NCBI GenBank assembly: GCA_963663765.2
Contig: CAXXUA010000003.1
Location: 256,001 to 320,000 of the forward strand
DNA from: Candidatus Poribacteria bacterium
GTDB lineage: Bacteria; Poribacteria; WGA-4E; WGA-3G
Length of the DNA: 64,000 nucleotides
Reading direction: 5' to 3'
Shown here: one piece after another, positions 60,768-64,000 of the stretch
Numbering within the stretch: the first letter of the stretch is position 1
Layout of the letters: the number at the start of each line of letters is the position of its first letter
The notes under the pieces: generated by a model
The model's database searches: none
Told to the model about the DNA's origin: nothing
The model's input: only the letters and a program-made list of their open reading frames with translations
Made by a program: the position numbers and the translations under genes

Positions 60768-62249
60768 CTAACGTATTGATGAAACGTTGAAATCTGGATA
60801 TGCGTTTGCACCGTGTTCTTCATAGTCAAGTCCAGTTTGTTCTTCTTCTTGTGTTACACGCAATCCTGTTACGGCTTTGATTCCGTAGAAGAGGATGAAA
60901 CCTGTAACGAGACACCATCCGAAGACAGCGACGACTCCAACGAACTGTACCCAAAGTAGTCCGAATCCTCCACCGAATAATGCTCCGCTTGAGCTGTCGA
61001 ATAAACCGAGAAGGAGTGTGCCTAATGCGCCGCAAGTACCGTGAACTGAGATAGCCCCAACTGGGTCGTCAACGCGAAGGCGCTCTAACAAGATTACACT
61101 GAGAACAACCACGATACCACCGAGTGCTCCCATGATAGCAGCTGATGTTGGGGATACGGATGCACACCCTGCAGTGATTGTTACCAAACCAGCAAGTGCC
61201 CCGTTGAGTGACATACCAGCGTCGGGTTTTCCGAGGAAAATCCATGCGGTAATCATTGCGGTGATGGCACCCGCGGCTGCTGCGATATTTGTAGTTACAG
61301 CAATACTTGAGATTGTACCAGCACTTGCTCCCATTTCGCTTCCGGGGTTGAATCCGAACCATCCCAACCATAGAATAAAGACACCGAGTGCAGCGAGAGG
61401 TAAGTTATGACCTGCTATTGGTCTTGGTTTACCTTCACCATCATATTTCCCAAGGCGAGGTCCTAAGACGATTGCACCGGTCAATGCGAGCCAACCGCCA
61501 GTTGAATGGACGACAGTTGAACCGGCAAAGTCTGACATACCGAGATCTGATAACCATCCACCACCCCAAACCCAGTGGCCAACAATGGGATAGATGATGC
61601 CTGTGATGAAAACACTATAAATCAGGTAGCTTTTGAACTGTGTTCGTTCTGCCATTGCCCCAGAAACGATAGTTGCGGCGGTTGCTGCGAATACAAGTTG
61701 GAAAAGCCACGCAGCGTAAGTTGGTACAGAACTCCAATCAAGTGCACTGAAAACATGGGATGACCAATCATTGGCTTCAAGTGCATCTGCACTTAAAACA
61801 GGAACGAACCAACCGCTTGTTCCCATGAAGGCGTTACCAGCACCGAACATAATGGCGAACCCAATTGCCCAATATGCGATTGAACCCATTGAGAAGTCCA
61901 TCAGGTTTTTCATGAGGATATTGACTGCATTTTTAGCACGTGTGAAGCCAGACTCTACCATCGCAAAGCCTGCTTGCATGAAGAAAACGAGAAATGCTGC
62001 GACAAGTACCCACAAAGTATCTGCACTATACTTTGAATCTGGAACTTTCCACATATCCTTTGTATCCTTCATTACCATTTGTTCTTTTCCATCCTCATCC
62101 GTCACTGTATCCTCGTACTCTTTAACCTTAACTTCAACCTTTTCGTATCCATCCGCTTCAGAATCAACGTATCCTTCTAAAGCGAACGCATTCATGCTTA
62201 GTAGGCAAGTTAGGATGAGTAGTAATGTTATTATGACACCTTTTTTCAT
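60768..62249 (-). CDS. amt: Ammonium transporter (second paralogue, different subtype)
   Basis: FMQAGFAMVE.G, IVSGAMAER, DFAGSTVVH, WFGFNPGS, DDPVGAISVHG, GLD..EHG. Confidence 0.95.
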   Translation of the reverse strand: MKKGVIITLLLILTCLLSMNAFALEGYVDSEADGYEKVEVKVKEYEDTVTDEDGKEQMVMKDTKDMWKVPDSKYSADTLWVLVAAFLVFFMQAGFAMVESGFTRAKNAVNILMKNLMDFSMGSIAYWAIGFAIMFGAGNAFMGTSGWFVPVLSADALEANDWSSHVFSALDWSSVPTYAAWLFQLVFAATAATIVSGAMAERTQFKSYLIYSVFITGIIYPIVGHWVWGGGWLSDLGMSDFAGSTVVHSTGGWLALTGAIVLGPRLGKYDGEGKPRPIAGHNLPLAALGVFILWLGWFGFNPGSEMGASAGTISSIAVTTNIAAAAGAITAMITAWIFLGKPDAGMSLNGALAGLVTITAGCASVSPTSAAIMGALGGIVVVLSVILLERLRVDDPVGAISVHGTCGALGTLLLGLFDSSSGALFGGGFGLLWVQFVGVVAVFGWCLVTGFILFYGIKAVTGLRVTQEEEQTGLDYEEHGANAYPDFNVSSIR

Positions 62250-62344
62250 CTATAAACTCCTATCATTCAATAAAACTATTTTTTCTTTGATCTCCGAATA
62301 GTTGAAAGTTTGTAACTGTAATGTCGTGTTCGTTTATTGTTATA

Positions 62345-62384
62345 TTTGGGGTATCGCGAATCACTTGGATCCGCGATACCCCAA
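62345..62384. terminator. Hairpin between the barrel gene and amt
   Basis: TTTGGGGTATCGCG-N12-CGCGATACCCCAAA. Confidence 0.55.
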
Positions 62385-62422
62385 AGTGATGAACAGCTCG
62401 GATGTTTTTCCAATGTACTGTT

Positions 62423-63154
62423 CTACCACATACGCACGAATGTCATTCTTCCGGTAAGTCCTGAATCTTCAGAATCTTCATCCATTTGGGTTTCAAAACC
62501 GACAAAGAGTCCGAGTGTGTTGTTTTCACCGTAGTTCATGTTGATGCGTCCACCGACAACAAGACTGTCAAGACCTGTTTCAGTTTCTTCCTCTAAACCC
62601 GATAAAGTGGCGCCTACTTCTAACTGCGGACCAACTGCAATATTATCAGTGATTGAATAGAGAAGAAAATCGCGTGTATAGAATAAATCATCATCATAAT
62701 CAAATGGTGTGTTGAAAAACAATTGTATCCACGATTCAAAGTAGATGGAACCTGCGGTGAGATAGGTGAACAGCTGCGGTGCAATTAGAGAATTGGGACC
62801 GTTTGCTGCTTCATAGTCAAATCCGATACCGACCATTGGAATGAAAGATAGTGAAAGTGAATCACTATCAACAGCAGAGATTCCAATTCCAAGGTCAAAT
62901 TCTGCGAAAGTACCGACAACATATATGTCACTATCTATAGATACACTTCCCATCGGATAACTACCACCGAACCAGATTTGTGTTCCGAGGCTATCCGTAT
63001 CAGTTCTGAACCAACCAGAAACACTGGCTTCTTCTTCCATTTCCATTTCTTCACCGGCTTCGTGTGCATCAGCAAAAACCATTGATACACTACCAACTGC
63101 AAGGATGCAAACGATTGCCAACAATTGCGGTAACCAAAACGCTTTAGTTTTCAT
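62423..63154 (-). CDS. Putative small acidic outer-membrane beta-barrel (porin-like)
   Basis: Signal peptide, amphipathic beta strands, terminal Trp (RMTFVRMW). Confidence 0.6.
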   Translation of the reverse strand: MKTKAFWLPQLLAIVCILAVGSVSMVFADAHEAGEEMEMEEEASVSGWFRTDTDSLGTQIWFGGSYPMGSVSIDSDIYVVGTFAEFDLGIGISAVDSDSLSLSFIPMVGIGFDYEAANGPNSLIAPQLFTYLTAGSIYFESWIQLFFNTPFDYDDDLFYTRDFLLYSITDNIAVGPQLEVGATLSGLEEETETGLDSLVVGGRINMNYGENNTLGLFVGFETQMDEDSEDSGLTGRMTFVRMW

Positions 63155-63294
63155 TTAAATCTCCTTAGTATAAAAATATTCAAGCACATGTTTGTCATGC
63201 TAGAATTTATTTTTTGCCAGACCGAGTAAACTCATCTTGATTCTGGCATTAAGTTATGTTAGAATCTGTGCGTAGTCGCACTGGTTTCTTTAAA

Positions 63295-63310
63295 AGCAAT
63301 ATGCGTGCCA
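63295..63310 (-). promoter_or_regulatory. Sigma-54 (-24/-12) promoter
   Basis: Minus strand TGGCACGCATATTGCT matches TGGCACG-N4-TTGCW, about 140 bp upstream of the barrel-amt-amt run. Confidence 0.8.
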
Positions 63311-63464
63311 ATTGTGTTATGATGTTACTTGATATGAAGGTATTGTACTTTATTGGTATAAGACCGACATTATACGCACCCATAATCTTCCATCTTATGT
63401 GTCAAAAGTAGTTAGGAAAAAGTTTGCAAATACGGATAGTATTAGGAAATCGGTTTCTGTAAAA

Positions 63465-64000
63465 ATGCTGAAATTTTCATCACAAAATTGCCTAAAAAAT
63501 AAGCATATTATACTTGCCTTGATTGTCATCGTTGGTGCGTTTCTTCGGTTTTGGCATTTGGGGGAATGGAGTTTTTGGAAAGATGAGGTGCTGACCGTAC
63601 TTGATGCGGAGGAATTTTCTCTCACAAATTCTCCGATCAACCCTATTCCGTATATTGCGGCAAAGTTCTCCGCCTTGATTGGTGAAAAGTTTTTATTTTT
63701 GTTTGATGTAGCGGATGAGTGGAAAAGTCGTCTGATCTTTTGTATAGTAGGTATTGTATCTATTCCGATTGTGTTCTGTTTGGGACAGTGTTTATATAAT
63801 AGTCGTGTCGGTTTATTCGCTGCATCTTTTGTTGCGTTGTCCAACTGGCATCTGTTTTGGTCACAGAATGCCCGTTCATATATTTTGACGTTTCTGTTTG
63901 CTGTGTTGACTGCGTGGTTTTTCTACCGTTCCCTTGAAAACGATTCAACTGTATTTACAATAGGTGCGCTCATCTCCTGTATTTGCCTTGTTTTGTCGCA
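63465..64000 (+). CDS. GT-C (PMT/ArnT-like) membrane glycosyltransferase, runs off the window
   Basis: Manual translation MLKFSS...GAFLRFWHLGEWSFWKDEVLT...WHLFWSQNARSY. Confidence 0.8.
   Translation, partial: MLKFSSQNCLKNKHIILALIVIVGAFLRFWHLGEWSFWKDEVLTVLDAEEFSLTNSPINPIPYIAAKFSALIGEKFLFLFDVADEWKSRLIFCIVGIVSIPIVFCLGQCLYNSRVGLFAASFVALSNWHLFWSQNARSYILTFLFAVLTAWFFYRSLENDSTVFTIGALISCICLVLS

Noticed and set aside
63181-63260. Glutamine riboswitch in the barrel gene leader
   Set aside because: A TGCCAGA/TCTGGCA hairpin exists, but I see no match to the glnA-motif consensus; needs an Rfam scan
1417-63948. Many short antisense or alternate-frame ORFs in the track
   Set aside because: Shadows of well-supported genes with no independent motifs or RBS
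1-64000. rRNA, tRNA or prophage genes
   Set aside because: No conserved rRNA or tRNA signatures and no phage structural or integrase genes recognised by eye

Overview
Bacterial chromosomal window with about 45 genes; no rRNA, tRNA or CRISPR array was recognised. A LamG protein ending in a GKxxTTWGxxK tail, Planctomycete-type DUF1501/PPC genes and dense intergenic MITE/REP clutter suggest Ca. Poribacteria (inference). Housekeeping genes include metG, an addB-like gene, rpsT, rsmB, a thiE-family gene, glnE, dtd, sodA and two ammonium transporters behind a sigma-54 promoter. Accessory content: an ElbD-like four-domain lipid enzyme with a HAD phosphatase; a DUF1501-WD40-PPC/di-heme-tricorn cluster; two type II RM pairs; a nuclease-like gene broken by an exact 18-bp tandem duplication; an Rpn gene with an internal RBS; an intact IS200/IS605 element (TnpA+TnpB, TTTAA target) splitting a TonB-dependent receptor; and an ISKra4-like IS. 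Two non-coding structures stand out: a 9.25 x 126-bp spacer-less tandem array enclosed by the terminal inverted repeats of a decayed IS701-like element (51939-53712), and a four-layer nest of MITEs, each carrying GTAG/GTGG-footed REP-like hairpins (38865-39574). All calls come from reading the sequence and recognising motifs; no database searches were run.
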